A stretch of 64,000 nucleotides of DNA from Ranitomeya imitator (lineage: Eukaryota): the NCBI RefSeq assembly GCF_032444005.1, contig NC_091289.1, positions 179,118,001-179,182,000 on the forward strand, written 5' to 3'. The notes below the pieces were generated by a model. The model had not been told where the DNA came from. It saw only the letters and a program-made list of their open reading frames with translations, and made no database searches. Positions 50,900 to 63,600 of this stretch are shown in pieces (within the stretch, counting starts at the first letter, position 1; each line of letters starts with the position of its first letter). Made by a program: the position numbers and the translations under genes.

Positions 50900-53800
50900 T
50901 TTCTCTGTCCCCTCCAGACTCCTCTGTCCCCTCCAGTCCTCTCTGACCCTCCAGACCCCTCTGTCTCCTCTGTTCCTTCCAGTCCACTCTGTCCCCTCCA
51001 GTCCATTCTGTCCCCTCCAGTCCACTCTTTGCCCTCCGATCTACTCTGTCCCCTCCGGTCCTCTCTGTCCCCTCCAGTCCACTCTGTCCCCTCCGGTCCT
51101 CACTGTCCCCTCCAGTCCACTCTGTCCCCTCCCGTCCACTCTGTCCCCTCCGGTCCTCTCTGTCCCCTCCAGTCTACTCTGTCCCCTCCTGTCCACTCTG
51201 TCCCCTCCGGTCCACACTGTCCCCTCCAGTCCACTCTGTCCCATCCAGACACCTCTGTCCCCTCCGGACTCCTCTGTTCCTTCCAGTCCACTCTATCCCA
51301 TCTGGTCCAATCTGTCCCCTCCGGTCCACTCTGTCCCCTCCGGTCCACTCTGTTCCCTCCGGTCCACTCTGTCCCCTCCAGTCCACTCTGTCCCCTCCAG
51401 TCTACTCTGTCCCCTCCGGTCCACTCTGTCCCCTCCGGTCCACTCTGTTCCCTCCAGTCCACTCTGTCCCCTCCAGTCCACTCTGTCCCATCCAGACACC
51501 TCTGTCCCCTCCGGACTCCTTTGTTCCTTCCAGTCCACTCTATCCCATCTGGTCCAATCTGTCCCCTCCAGTCCACTCTGTCCCCTCCAGTCCACTCTGT
51601 CCCCTCCAGTCTACTCTGTCCCTTCCAGTCCATTCTGTCCCCTCCGGTGCACTCTGTCCCCTCCAGTCCACTCTGTCCCCTCCAGTCTACTCTGTCCCTT
51701 CCAGTCCACTCTGTCCCCTCCGGTCCACTCTGTTCCCTCCAGTCCACTCTGTCCCCTCCAGTCCACTCTGTCCCCTCCGGTCCACTCTGTTCCCTCCAGT
51801 AAATTCTGTCTCCTCTGGACTCCTCTGTCCCCTCCGGTCCACAGTTACCTCCAGTCCTCTCTGTCCCCTCCAGTCCACTCTGTCCCCTCCAGTCTACTCT
51901 GTCCCTTCCAGTCCACTCTGTCCCCTCCGGTCCACTCTGTTCCCTCCAGTCCACTCTGTCCCCTCCAGTCCACTCTGTCCCCTCCGGTCCACTCTGTTCC
52001 CTCCAGTCCACTCTGTCCCCTCCGGTCCACTCTGTTCCCTCCAGTAAGCTCTGTCCCCTCCGGTCCACTCTGTTCCCTCCAGTCCACTCTGTCCCCTCCA
52101 GTCCACTCTGTCCCCTCCAGTCCACTCTGTCCCTTCCAGTCCACTCTGTCCCCTCCGGTCCACTCTGTTCCCTCCAGTCCACTCTGTCCCCTCCAGTCCA
52201 CTCTGTCCCCTCCGGTCCACTCTGTCCCCTCCAGTCTACTCTGTCCCTTCCAGTCCACTCTGTCCCCTCCGGTCCACTCTGTTCCCTCCAGTCCACTCTG
52301 TCCCCTCCAGTCCACTCTGTCCCCTCCGGTCCACTCTGTTCCCTCCAGTCCACTCTGTCCCCTCCGGTCCACTCTGTTCCCTCCAGTAAGCTCTGTCCCC
52401 TCCGGTCCACTCTGTTCCCTCCAGTCCACTCTGTCCCCTCCAGTCCACTCTGTCCCCTCCAGTCTACTCTGTCCCTTCCAGTCCACTCTGTCCCCTCCGG
52501 TCCACTCTGTTCCCTCCAGTCCACTCTGTCCCCTCCAGTCCACTCTGTCCCCTCCGGTCCACTCTGTTCCCTCCAGTAAATTCTGTCTCCTCTGGACTCC
52601 TCTGTCCCCTCCGGTCCACAGTTACCTCCAGTCCTCTCTGTCCCCTCCAGTCCACTCTGTCCCCTCCGGTCCACTCTGTTCCCTCCAGTCCACTCTGTCC
52701 CCTCCGGTCCACTCTGTTCCCTCCAGTAAGCTCTGTCCCCTCCGGTCCACTCTGTTCCCTCCAGTCCACTCTGTCCCCTCCAGTCCACTCTGTCCCCTCC
52801 AGTCCACTCTGTCCCCTCCGGTCCACTCTGTCCCCTCCGGTCCACTCTGTTCCCTCCAGTCCACTCGGTCCCCTCTGTCCCCTCCAGTCCACTCTGTCCC
52901 CTCCGGTCCACTCTGTCCCCTCCGGTCCACTCTGTCCCCTCCGGTCCACTCTGTTCCCACCAGCTCACTGTGCCCCCTCCGGTCCACTCTGTTCCCTCCA
53001 GTAAACTCTGTCCGCTCTGGACTCCTCTGTCCCCTCCGGTCCACTCTGTTACCTCCAGTCCTCTCTGTCCCCTCCAGTCCACTCTGTTCCCTCCGGTCCA
53101 CTCTGTCCCCTCCGGTCTACTCTGTCCCTTCCAGTCCACTCTGTCCCCTCCAGTCCACTCTGTTCCCTCAAATCCACTCTGTCCCCTCCGATCCACCCTG
53201 TTCCCTCCAGTAAACTCTGTCCCCTCCGGACTCCTCTGTCCCCTCCGGTCCACTCTGTTCCCTCCAGTCCTCTCTGTCCACTCTGTCCCCTCTGTTCCCT
53301 CAAATCCACTCTGTCCCCTCCGATCCACCCTGTTCCCTCCAGTAAACTCTGTCCCCTCCGGACTCCTCTGTCCCCTCCGGTCCACTCTCTTCCCTACAGT
53401 CCACTCTGTCCCCTCCGGTCCGCTCCAGTCCACTCTGTCCCCTCTGGTCCACTCTGTTCCCTCCAGTCCACTCTGTCCCCTCCGGTCCAATCTGTCCCCT
53501 CCAGTCCACTCTGTCCCCTCTGGTCCACTCTGTCCCCTCTGTTCCCTCCAGTAAACTCTGTCCCCTCCGGTCCACTGTTACCTCCAGTCCTCTCTGTCCC
53601 CTCCAGTCCACTCTGTCCCCTCCGGTCCACTCTGTCCCCTCCGGTCCACTCTTCCCTCTGTCCCTTCCGGTCTACTCTGTCCCCTCCAGTCCACTCTGTC
53701 CCCTCCGGTCCACTCTGTCCCCTCCGGTCCACTCTGTCCTCTCCGGTCCACTCTGTCCCCTCCGGTCCATTCTGTTCCCTCCAGTCCACTCTGTCCCCCC

Positions 53801-56800
53801 CGGTCCACTCTGTCCCCTCTGGTCCTCTCTGTTCCCTCCAGTCCACTCTGTCCCCTCTGTTCCCTCCAGTCCACTCTGTCCCCTCTGGTCCAATCTGTCC
53901 CCTCCAGTCCATTCTGTCCCCTCCGGTCCACTCTGTCCCCTCTGTTCCCTCCAGTCCACTCTGTCCCCTCTGGTCCAACCTGTTCCCTCCAGTAAACTCT
54001 GTTCCCTCCAGTCCTCTCTGTCCCCTCCAGTCCACTCTGTCCCCTCCAGTCCACTCTGTCCCCTCCGGTCCACTCTGTTCCCTCTGTCCCTTCCGGTCTA
54101 CTCTGTCCCCTCCAGTCCACTCTGTCCCCTCCGGTCCACTCTGTCCCCTCCGGTCCACTCTGTCCTCTCCGGTCCACTCTGTCCCCTCCGGTCCACTCTG
54201 TCCCCCCCGGTCCACTCTGTCCCCTCTGTTCCCTCCAGTCCACTCTGTCCCCTCTGGTCCAATCTGTCCCCTCCAGTCCACTCTGTCCCCTCTGGTCCTC
54301 TCTGTTCCCTCCAGTCCACTCTGTCCCCTCTGTTCCCTCCAGTCCTCTTTGTCCCCTCCAGTCCACTCTGTGCCCTCTGGTCCACTCTGTCCCCTCCGGT
54401 CTACTCTGTCCCTTCCAGTCCACTCTGTCCCCTCCGATCCACCCTGTTCCCTCCAGTAAACTCTGTCCCCTCCGGACTCCTCTGTCCCCTCCGGTCATAG
54501 TAACATAGTAACATACATAGTTAGTAAGGCCGAAAAAAGACATTTGTCCATCCAGTTCAGCCTATATTCCATCATAATAAATACCCAGATCTACGTCCTT
54601 CTACAGAACCTAATAATTGTATGATACAATATTGTTCTGCTCCAGGAAGACATCCAGGCCTCTCTTGAACCCCTCGACTGAGTTCGCCATCACCACCTCC
54701 TCAGGCAAGCAATTCCAGATTCTCACTGCCCTAACAGTAAAGAATCCTCTTCTATGTTGGTGGAAAAACCTTCTCTCCTCCAGACGCAAAGAATGCCCCC
54801 TTGTGCCCGTCACCTTCCTTGGTATAAACAGATCCTCAGCGAGATATTTGTATTGTCCCCTTATATACTTATACATGGTTATTAGATCGCCCCTCAGTCG
54901 TCTTTTTTCTAGACTAAATAATCCTAATTTCGCTAATCTATCTGGGTATTGTAGTTCTCCCATTCCCTTTATTAATTTTGTTGCCCTCCTTTGTACTCTC
55001 TCTAGTTCCATTATATCCTTCCTGAGCACCGGTGCCCAAAACTGGACACAGTACTCCATGTGCGGTCTAACTAGGGATTTGTACAGAGGCAGTATAATGC
55101 TCTCATCATGTGTATCCAGACCTCTTTTAATGCACCCCATGATCCTGTTTGCCTTGGCAGCTGCTGCCTGGCACTGGCTGCTCCAGGTAAGTTTATCATT
55201 AACTAGGATCCCCAAGTCCTTCTCCCTGTCAGATTTACCCAGTGGTTTCCCGTTCAGTGTGTAATGGTGATATTGATTCCCTCTTCCCATGTGTATAACC
55301 TTACATTTATCATTGTTAAACCTCATCTGCCACCTTTCAGCCCAAGTTTCCAACTTATCCAGATCCATCTGTAGCAGAATACTATCTTCTCTTGTATTAA
55401 CTGCTTTACATAGTTTTGTATCATCTGCAAATATCGATATTTTACTGTGTAAACCTTCTACCAGATCATTAATGAATATGTTGAAGAGAACAGGTCCCAA
55501 TACCGACCCCTGCGGTACCCCACTGGTCACAGCGACCCAGTTAGAGACTATACCATTTATAACCACCCTCTGCTTTCTATCACTAAGCCAGTTACTAACC
55601 CATTTACACACAATTTCCCCCAGACCAAGCATTCTCATTTTGTGTACCAACCTCTTGTGCGGCACGATATCAAACGCTTTGGAAAAATCGAGATATACCA
55701 CGTCCAATGACTCACCGTGGTCCAGTCTATAGCTTACCTCTTCATAAAAACTGATTAGATTGGTTTGACAGGAGCGATTTCTCATAAACCCATGCTGATA
55801 TGGAGTTAAACAGTTATTCTCATTGAGATAATCCAGAATAACATCCCTCAGAAACCCTTCAAATATTTTACCAACAATAGAGGTTAGACTTACTGGCCTA
55901 TAATTTCCAGGTTCACTTTTAGAGCCCTTTTTGAATATTGGCACCACATTTGCTATGCGCCAGTCCTGCGGAACAGACCCTGTCGCTATAGAGTCACTAA
56001 AAATAAGAAATAATGGTTTATCTATTACATTACTTAGTTCTCTTAGTACTCGTGGGTGTATGCCATCCGGACCCGGAGATTTATCTATTTTAATCTTATT
56101 TAGCCGGTTTCGCACCTCTTCTTGGGTTAGATTGGTGACCCTTAATATAGGGTTTTCATTGTTTCTTGGGATTTCACCTAGCATTTCATTTTCCACCGTG
56201 AATACCGTGGAGAAGAAGGTGTTTAATATGTTAGCTTTTTCCTCGTCATCTACAACCATTCTTTCCTCACTATTTTTTAAGGGGCCTACATTTTCAGTTT
56301 TTATTCTTTTACTATTGATATAGTTGAAGAACAGTTTGGGATTAGTTTTACTCTCCTTAGCAATGTGCTTCTCTGTTTCCTTTTTGGCAGCTTTAATTAG
56401 TTTTTTAGATAAAGTATTTTTCTCCCTATAGTTTTTTAGAGCTTCAATGGTGCCATCCTGCTTTAGTAGTGCAAATGCTTTCTTTTTACTGTTAATTGCC
56501 TGTCTTACTTCTTTGTTTAGCCACATTGGGTTTTTCCTATTTCTAGTCCTTTTATTCCCACAAGGTATAAACCGCTTACACTGCCTATTTAGGATGTTCT
56601 TAAACATTTCCCATTTATTATCTGTATTCTCATTTCTGAGGATATTGTCCCAGTCTACCAGATTAAGAGCATCTCTAAGCTGTTCAAACTTTGCCTTCCT
56701 AAAGTTCAATGTTTTTGTGACTCCCTGACAAGTCCCCCTAGTGAAAGACAGGTGAAACTGCACAATATTGTGGTCGCTATTTCCTAAATGCCCAACCACC

Positions 56801-59800
56801 TGCAGATTTGTTATTCTGTCAGGTCTATTAGATAGTATTAGGTCTAAAAGTGCTGCTCCTCTGGTTGGATTCTGCACCAATTGTGAAAGATAATTTTTCT
56901 TGGTTATTAGTAGAAACCTGTTGCCTTTATGGGTTTCACAGGTTTATGGGTTTCACTCTGTTCCCTCCAGTCCTCTCTGTCCCCTCTGTTCCCTCCAGTC
57001 CACTCTGTCCCCTCCAGTAAACTCTGTCCCCTCCGGACTCCTTCGTCCCCTCCGGTCCTCTCTGTTCCCTCCAGTCTACTCTGTCCCCTCCGGTCCACTC
57101 TGTCCCCTCCGGTCCACTCTGTTCCCTCCGGTCCACTCTGTCCCCTCCGGTCCACTCTGTTCCCACCAGCTCACTGTGCCCCCTCCGGTCCACTCTGTTC
57201 CCTCCAGTAAACTCTGTCCGCTCTGGACTCCTCTGTCCCCTCCGGTCCACTCTGTTACCTCCAGTCCTCTCTGTCCCCTCCAGTCCACTCTGTCCCCTCC
57301 GGTCCACTCTGTTCCCTCCAGTCCACTCTGTCCCCTCCGGTCCACTCTCTTCCCTACAGTCCACTCTGTCCCCTCCGGTCCGCTCCAGTCCACTCTGTCC
57401 CCTCTGGTCCACTCTGTTCCCTCCAGTCCACTCTGTCCCCTCCGGTCCAATCTGTCCCCTCCAGTCCACTCTGTCCCCTCTGGTCCACTCTGTCCCCTCT
57501 GTTCCCTCCAGTAAACTCTGTCCCCTCCGGTCCACTGTTACCTCCAGTCCTCTCTGTCCCCTCCAGTCCACTCTGTCCCCTCCGGTCCACTCTGTCCCCT
57601 CCGGTCCACTCTTCCCTCTGTCCCTTCCGGTCTACTCTGTCCCCTCCAGTCCACTCTGTCCCCTCCGGTCCACTCTGTCCCCTCCGGTCCACTCTGTCCT
57701 CTCCGGTCCACTCTGTCCCCTCCGGTCCACTCTGTTCCCTCCAGTCCACTCTGTCCCCCCCCGGTCCACTCTGTCCCCTCTGGTCCTCTCTGTTCCCTCC
57801 AGTCCACTCTGTCCCCTCTGTTCCCTCCAGTCCACTCTGTCCCCTCTGGTCCAATCTGTCCCCTCCAGTCCACTCTGTCCCCTCCGGTCCACTCTGTCCC
57901 CTCTGTTCCCTCCAGTCCACTCTGTCCCCTCTGGTCCAACCTGTTCCCTCCAGTAAACTCTGTTCCCTCCAGTCCTCTCTGTCCCCTCCAGTCCACTCTG
58001 TCCCCTCCAGTCCACTCTGTCCCCTCCGGTCCACTCTGTTCCCTCTGTCCCTTCCGGTCTACTCTGTCCCCTCTGTCCCCTCCGGTCCACTCTGTCCCCT
58101 CCGGTCCACTCTGTCCTCTCCGGTCCACTCTGTCCCCTCCGGTCCACTCTGTCCCCCCCGGTCCACTCTGTCCCCTCTGTTCCCTCCAGTCCACTCTGTC
58201 CCCCCCGGTCCACTCTGTCCCCTCTGGTCCAATCTGTCCCCTCCAGTCCACTCTGTCCCCTCTGGTCCTCTCTGTTCCCTCCAGTCCACTCTGTCCCCTC
58301 TGTTCCCCCCAGTCCACTCTGTCCCCCCCGGTCCACTCTGTCCCCTCCAGTCCACTCTGTCCCCTCCAGTCCACTCTGTCCCCTCTGGTCCAACCTGTTC
58401 CCTCCAGTAAACTCTGTTCCCTCCAGTCCTCTCTGTTCCTTCTGTCACCTCCGGTCCTCTCTATCCCCTCCAGTCCACTCTGTCTCCTCCGGTCCCTCTG
58501 TCACCTCCGGTCTACTCTGTTCCCTCCAGTCCTCTCTATCCCCTCCAGTCCACTCTGTCCCCTCCGGTCCCTCTGTCACCTCCGGTCTACTCTGTTCCCT
58601 CCAGTCCTCTCTGTTCCCTCCAGTCCACTCTGTCCCCTCCAGTCCACTCTGTCCCCCCCGGTCCACTCTGTCCCCCCCGGTCCACTCTGTCCCCTCTAGT
58701 CCACTCTGTCCCCTCTGTTCCCTCCAGTCCACTCTGTCCCCTCTGGTCCAATCTGTCCCCTCCAGTCCACTCTGTCCCCTCTGGTCCTCTCTGTTCCCTC
58801 CAGTCCACTCTGTCCCCTCTGGTCCTCTCTGTCCCCTCCAGTCCACTCTGTCCCCTCCAGTCCACTCTGTCCCCTCTGGTCCAATCTGTCCCCTCCGGTC
58901 CACTCTGTCCCCTCTGGTCCAATCTGTCCCCTCCAGTCCACTCTGTCCCCTCTAGTCCACTCTGTCCCCTCTGTTCCCTCCAGTCCACTCTGTCCCCTCT
59001 GGTCCAATCTGTCCCCTCCAGTCCACTCTGTCCCCTCTGGTCCTCTCTGTTCCCTCCAGTCCACTCTGTCCCCCCCGGTCCACTCTGTCCCCCCCGGTCC
59101 ACTCTGTCCCCTCTAGTCCACTCTGTCCAATCTGTCCCCTCCAGTCCACTCTGTCCCCTCTAGTCCACTCTGTCCCCTCTGTTCCCTCCAGTCCACTCTG
59201 TCCCCTCTGGTCCAATCTGTCCCCTCCAGTCCACTCTGTCCCCTCTGGTCCTCTCTGTTCCCTCCAGTCCACTCTGTCCCCCCCGGTCCACTCTGTCCCC
59301 CCCGGTCCACTCTGTCCCCTCTAGTCCACTCTGTCCAATCTGTCCCCTCCAGTCCTCTCTGTCCCCTCCAGTCCACTCTGTCCCCTCCAGTCCACTCTGT
59401 CCCCTCTGGTCCAATCTGTCCCCTCCAGTCCACTCTGTCCCCTCTGGTCCAATCTGTCCCCTCCAGTCCACTCTGTTCCCTCCAGTCCACTCTGTCCCCT
59501 CTGGTCCAACCTGTTCCCTCCAGTAAACTCTGTTCCCTCCAGTCCTCTCTGTTCCTTCTGTCCCCTCCGGTCCCTCTGTCCCCTCCGGTCTACTCTGTTC
59601 CCTCCGGTCTACTCTGTTCCCTCCAGTCCTCTCTGTCCCCTCCGGTCCCTCTGTTCCCTCCGGTCTACTCTGTTCCCTCCAGTCCTCTCTGTCCCCTCCG
59701 GTCCCTCTGTCCCCTCCGGTCTACTCTGTTCCCTCCGGTCTACTCTGTTCCCTCCAGTCCTCTCTGTCCCCTCCGGTCCCTCTGTTCCCTCCGGTCTACT

Positions 59801-59925
59801 CTGTCCCCTCCAGTCCTCTCTGTCCCCTCCGGTCCTCTCTGTCCCCACCGGTCCAATCTGTCTCCTCCGGACTCCTCTGTTCCTTCCAGTCCTCTCCGGA
59901 CTCCTCTGTTCTCCTCTGACCCCTA
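50900..59925 (+). repeat. Pyrimidine-rich satellite of about 19 bp, split by the CR1 insertion at 54496-56955
   Basis: (CTCC[A/G]GTCCACTCTGT[C/T]CC)n with many variants and strong strand asymmetry. Confidence 0.97.
54496..56955 (-). mobile_element. CR1-clade LINE, 5'-truncated, with an uninterrupted ORF2 fragment (partial endonuclease plus reverse transcriptase)
   Basis: 756-aa ORF 56880-54610 with LDLILSNRPDRI..GNSDHN (endonuclease C-terminal part), YRPVSLTS, QHGF, YLDFSKAFD, SGVPQGSVLGP, FADD, and the CR1-type ending RGHSLRL..RRGFFTVRAVRIWN. The 3' end has a short tandem tail (catagtaa repeats on +) at 54496. Confidence 0.95.
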
Positions 59926-60233
59926 CATTGTGGTGACCTTTGTCGCTGGGGTCGGCCGCAGACCTGGAGTCTGTCTATACGGTGGCCGGGTACAGTAACA
60001 TTAGAGGGGTCTGTGCAGCCCCCGATGCTGTACAGAATAATCCGTGTGACGCTGGGCGCAGGCCTCCATAAACCGCGGCCTGTAGTTGAACGTGTCCCAC
60101 AGCGCTGCATGTTTCCAGGGTGATTTCTGACGTGTAAGCCCCTGAACCCAATCCAATGGCCACATTGACTATGTAGAGCTCTACAATAGTATAAATGACA
60201 TTTCACAGTCAAAAGTAAGAAGGAAGAACAGAT

Positions 60234-60545
60234 GGGACTTGTAGTTCACCAGGACTAATGACAATATCACTGATATGTGACGTCAGAGTCTGCAGAAATC
60301 CCCCACAGTCGAACATCACCACAGATTTATTAGTTCATGCTCCTTTAATGTGCGCGCATTATATGATAAGTACGGTAAGGTCACACTGACCGCAGTAACC
60401 TCTTCCGGCCCCACCGTCCGGTTGCTTAGTAACGCTCTTTGTGTTCTCAACCCTGATTGGGCAGCGGGGAATCTTCTAACCAATGGCTGCCGTCCTTTTA
60501 ATACGTTAGGTAACGGCGAGCGGGCGTGGTCATTAGATAAGTGAA
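60234..60545 (+). promoter_or_regulatory. UROD promoter region
   Basis: ZNF143/SBS-type GGGACTTGTAGT (60234-60245), CRE TGACGTCA (60278-60285), TGATAA (60364-60369), RFX-like GTTGCTTAGTAAC (60421-60433), CCAAT boxes (ATTGG 60456-60460, CCAAT 60480-60484), GC box GGGCGTGG (60522-60529) and AGATAA (60535-60540). These are motif matches only. Confidence 0.6.
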
Positions 60546-60632
60546 CTCTATGGCTGCGCCCATGTGGAGGCGTGGACGGAGGAGGCTGAGGGTCGTAGTC
60601 ACTGCGCTGTCACTGCCTTACACAGCGGTATC

Positions 60633-63600
60633 ATGGAGCAGCCGGAGCACCTGCTGTGAGTATGGACGGCTCTGCTGGGGAGGCGGGGTCACTCCTTTAA
60701 GGACTACAGGTCACAGGTCACTGCAGTCCGCGTTCTCTGGCGCCATGTGTGAGGGAAGGAGGACGGATTCTGGGCTGCATTCATTTCTAACTTATAGGGA
60801 ATTCTCTATTTTCTTTCCTGCAGCAGTGACGTAAGAGAATGTGACACTAAGCTGCTGCCCCCTAGTGGCGGGGTCCTCTGCACCCCTGATTCTGCCGCTA
60901 CAGGCTGTGGACCTCTGTATCACACAGCCGGCATCTGCACCTCTGTATGACACGGCCAGCGTCTGCACCTCTGTATCGTGCTGCCGGCATCTGCACCTCT
61001 GTATCACACAGCCGGCGTCTGCACCTCTGTATGACACGGCCGGCGTCTGCACCTCTGTATCGTGCTGCCGGCATCTGCACCTCTGTATCACACAGCCGGC
61101 GTCTGCACCTCTGTATGACACGGCCGGCGTCTGCACCTCTGTATCGCACGGCCAGCGTCTGCCCCTCTGTATCGTGCTGCCGGCATCTGCACCTCTGTAT
61201 CACACGTCCGGCGTCTGCACCTCTGTATCGCACGGCCGGCGTCTGCACCTCTGTATCACACGTCCGGCGTCTGCACCTCTGTATCGCACGGCCGGCGTCT
61301 GCACCTCTGTATCACACAGCCGGCGTCTGCACCTCTGTATCGCACGGCCGGCGTCTGCACCTCTGTATCGCACGGCCGGCGTCTGCACCTCTGTGTCGCA
61401 CGGCCGGCGTCTGCACCTCTGTATGACACGGCCAGCGTCTGCACCTCTGTATCGTGCTGCCGGCATCTGCACCTCTGTATCGTGCTGCCGGCGTCTGCAC
61501 CTCTGTATCGCACGGCCGGCGTCTGCACCTCTGTATCACACAGCCGGCGTCTGCACCTCTGTATCGCACGTCCGGCGTCTGCACCTCTGTGTCGCACGTC
61601 CGGCGTCTGCACCTCTGTATCGCACGTCCGGCGTCTGCACCTCTGTATCGCACGTCCGGCGTCTGCACCTCTGTATCGCACGTCCGGCGTCTGCACCTCT
61701 GTATCGCACGTCCGGCGTCTGCCCCTCTGTATCGCACGTCCGGCGTCTGCCCCTCTGTATCGCACGTCCGGCGTCTGCACCTCTGTATCGCACGTCCGGC
61801 GTCTGCACCTCTGTATCGCACGTCCGGCGTCTGCACCTCTGTGTCGCACGTCCGGCGTCTGCACCTCTGTGTCGCACGTCCGGCGTCTGCACCTCTGTGT
61901 CGCACGTCCGGCGTCTGCACCCCTGTATCGCACGGCCGGCGTCTGCCCCTCTGTATCGCACGGCCGGCGTCTGCCCCTCTGTATCGCACGGCCGGCGTCT
62001 GCCCCTCTGTATCGCACGGCCGGCGTCTGCCCCTCTGTATCGCACGGCCGGCGTCTGCCCCTCTGTATCGCACGGCCGGCGTCTGCCCCTCTGTATCGCA
62101 CGGCCGGCGTCTGCCCCTCTGTATCGCACGGCCGGCGTCTGCCCCTCTGTATCGCACGGCCGGCGTCTGCCCCTCTGTATCGCACGGCCGGCGTCTGCCC
62201 CTCTGTATCGCACGGCCGGCGTCTGCCCCTCTGTATCGCACGGCCGGCGTCTGCCCCTCTGTATCGCACGGCCGGCGTCTGCCCCTCTGTATCGCACGGC
62301 CGGCGTCTGCCCCTCTGTATCGCACGGCCGGCGTCTGCCCCTCTGTATCGCACGGCCGGCGTCTGCCCCTCTGTATCGCACGGCTGGCGTCTGCCCCTCT
62401 GTATCGCACAGCCGGCATCTGCTTTGCTCAGTTCCAGTCTGTGCCGGCACCAAGGGCCTGGACCAGCACTAATGCCATGTGTCAGCAGGGTGGTGCCCCT
62501 CCATCGCCCCTTTGATGGTTTTGTCTGTAGCCTTTAGATAACGGGATCCGGCTCTAAACCCGCAGGCGTGACACGAGAGCGGAGATAAGGGGCGCCACTG
62601 CTCGGCCACATGTCCGGGGTGCGGTGGGGGGGTCGTAGATTTTCTGTCGGGCGATTCCATCTTGTTACCAGTCTCTTCTCCATGAGGGGCTGCGGAGATG
62701 AGCGGCGACACATTATATCACCCCAAGTATTATAGGAGATGTGACTATAACAATAGTGAAATGGTGGGGGGTGGGGGGGCTGCTGCGGGACTGTGGGGGG
62801 GGCCACTGTAGGGGGGCTGCTGCGGGACTGTGGGGGGGGGGGGCTGCTGCGGGACTGTGGGGGGGGGCTGCTGTGGGACTGGGGGGGCTGCGGTGGGACT
62901 GTGGGGGGGGGAGCTGCTGTGGGACTATGGGGGGGGGGAGATGCTGCGGGACTATGGGGGGGGGGGGGGGGGCTGCTGCGGTACTGTGGGGGGCCGCTGC
63001 GGGACCACGGGAGCTGCACTGTCTGGTATGTGATGGGCGCAGATTAATAATACCTTTATAAGGGGCCGTTCCACCGATCAGTGATTATCATCCTTCTGTC
63101 CCAGGCCCGAGGGTTTCCCAGCTCTGAAGAATGATACCTTCCTCCGTGCCGCTCGGGGAGAGGAGTGCCGCCATGTGCCGGTGTGGTGTATGCGACAAGC
63201 GGGCCGATATCTGCCAGGTTGGTGATTCTATAGAATAAGCGAATGATCGTCTCCCTGTGATGTTTCCGCCGCTGCTCCGCTGTAAAGCTGCAGATAAGGA
63301 GCCGGGTATCACCTCTGCTTTACTTTATATTGCATGGATCCTTTGCATGCAGCTGTGGAAGTAACCGGAGGATGAGAAGACATCGCCTGTCAGATGCATT
63401 TTNNNNNNNNNNNNNNNNNNNNNNNNNNNNNNNNNNNNNNNNNNNNNNNNNNNNNNNNNNNNNNNNNNNNNNNNNNNNNNNNNNNNNNNNNNNNNNNNNN
63501 NNNNNNNNNNNNNNNNNNNNNNNNNNNNNNNNNNNNNNNNNNNNNNNNNNNNNNNNNNNNNNNNNNNNNNNNNAATTTCTTATTCTTGTCCTGAATTATC

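Noticed and set aside
42916-51025. Giant ORFs of 2673, 2681, 1175 and 1069 aa
   Set aside because: They are translations of a 37-bp tandem unit lacking minus-strand stops. The same 37-aa cycle appears in all three frames and there are no domain features.
51029-59848. Dozens of EGTEWTGGDRVD-type ORFs
   Set aside because: They are translations of the 19-bp satellite.
60792-62537. ORFs of 300-540 aa on both strands
   Set aside because: They come from the 28-bp minisatellite inside UROD intron 1.
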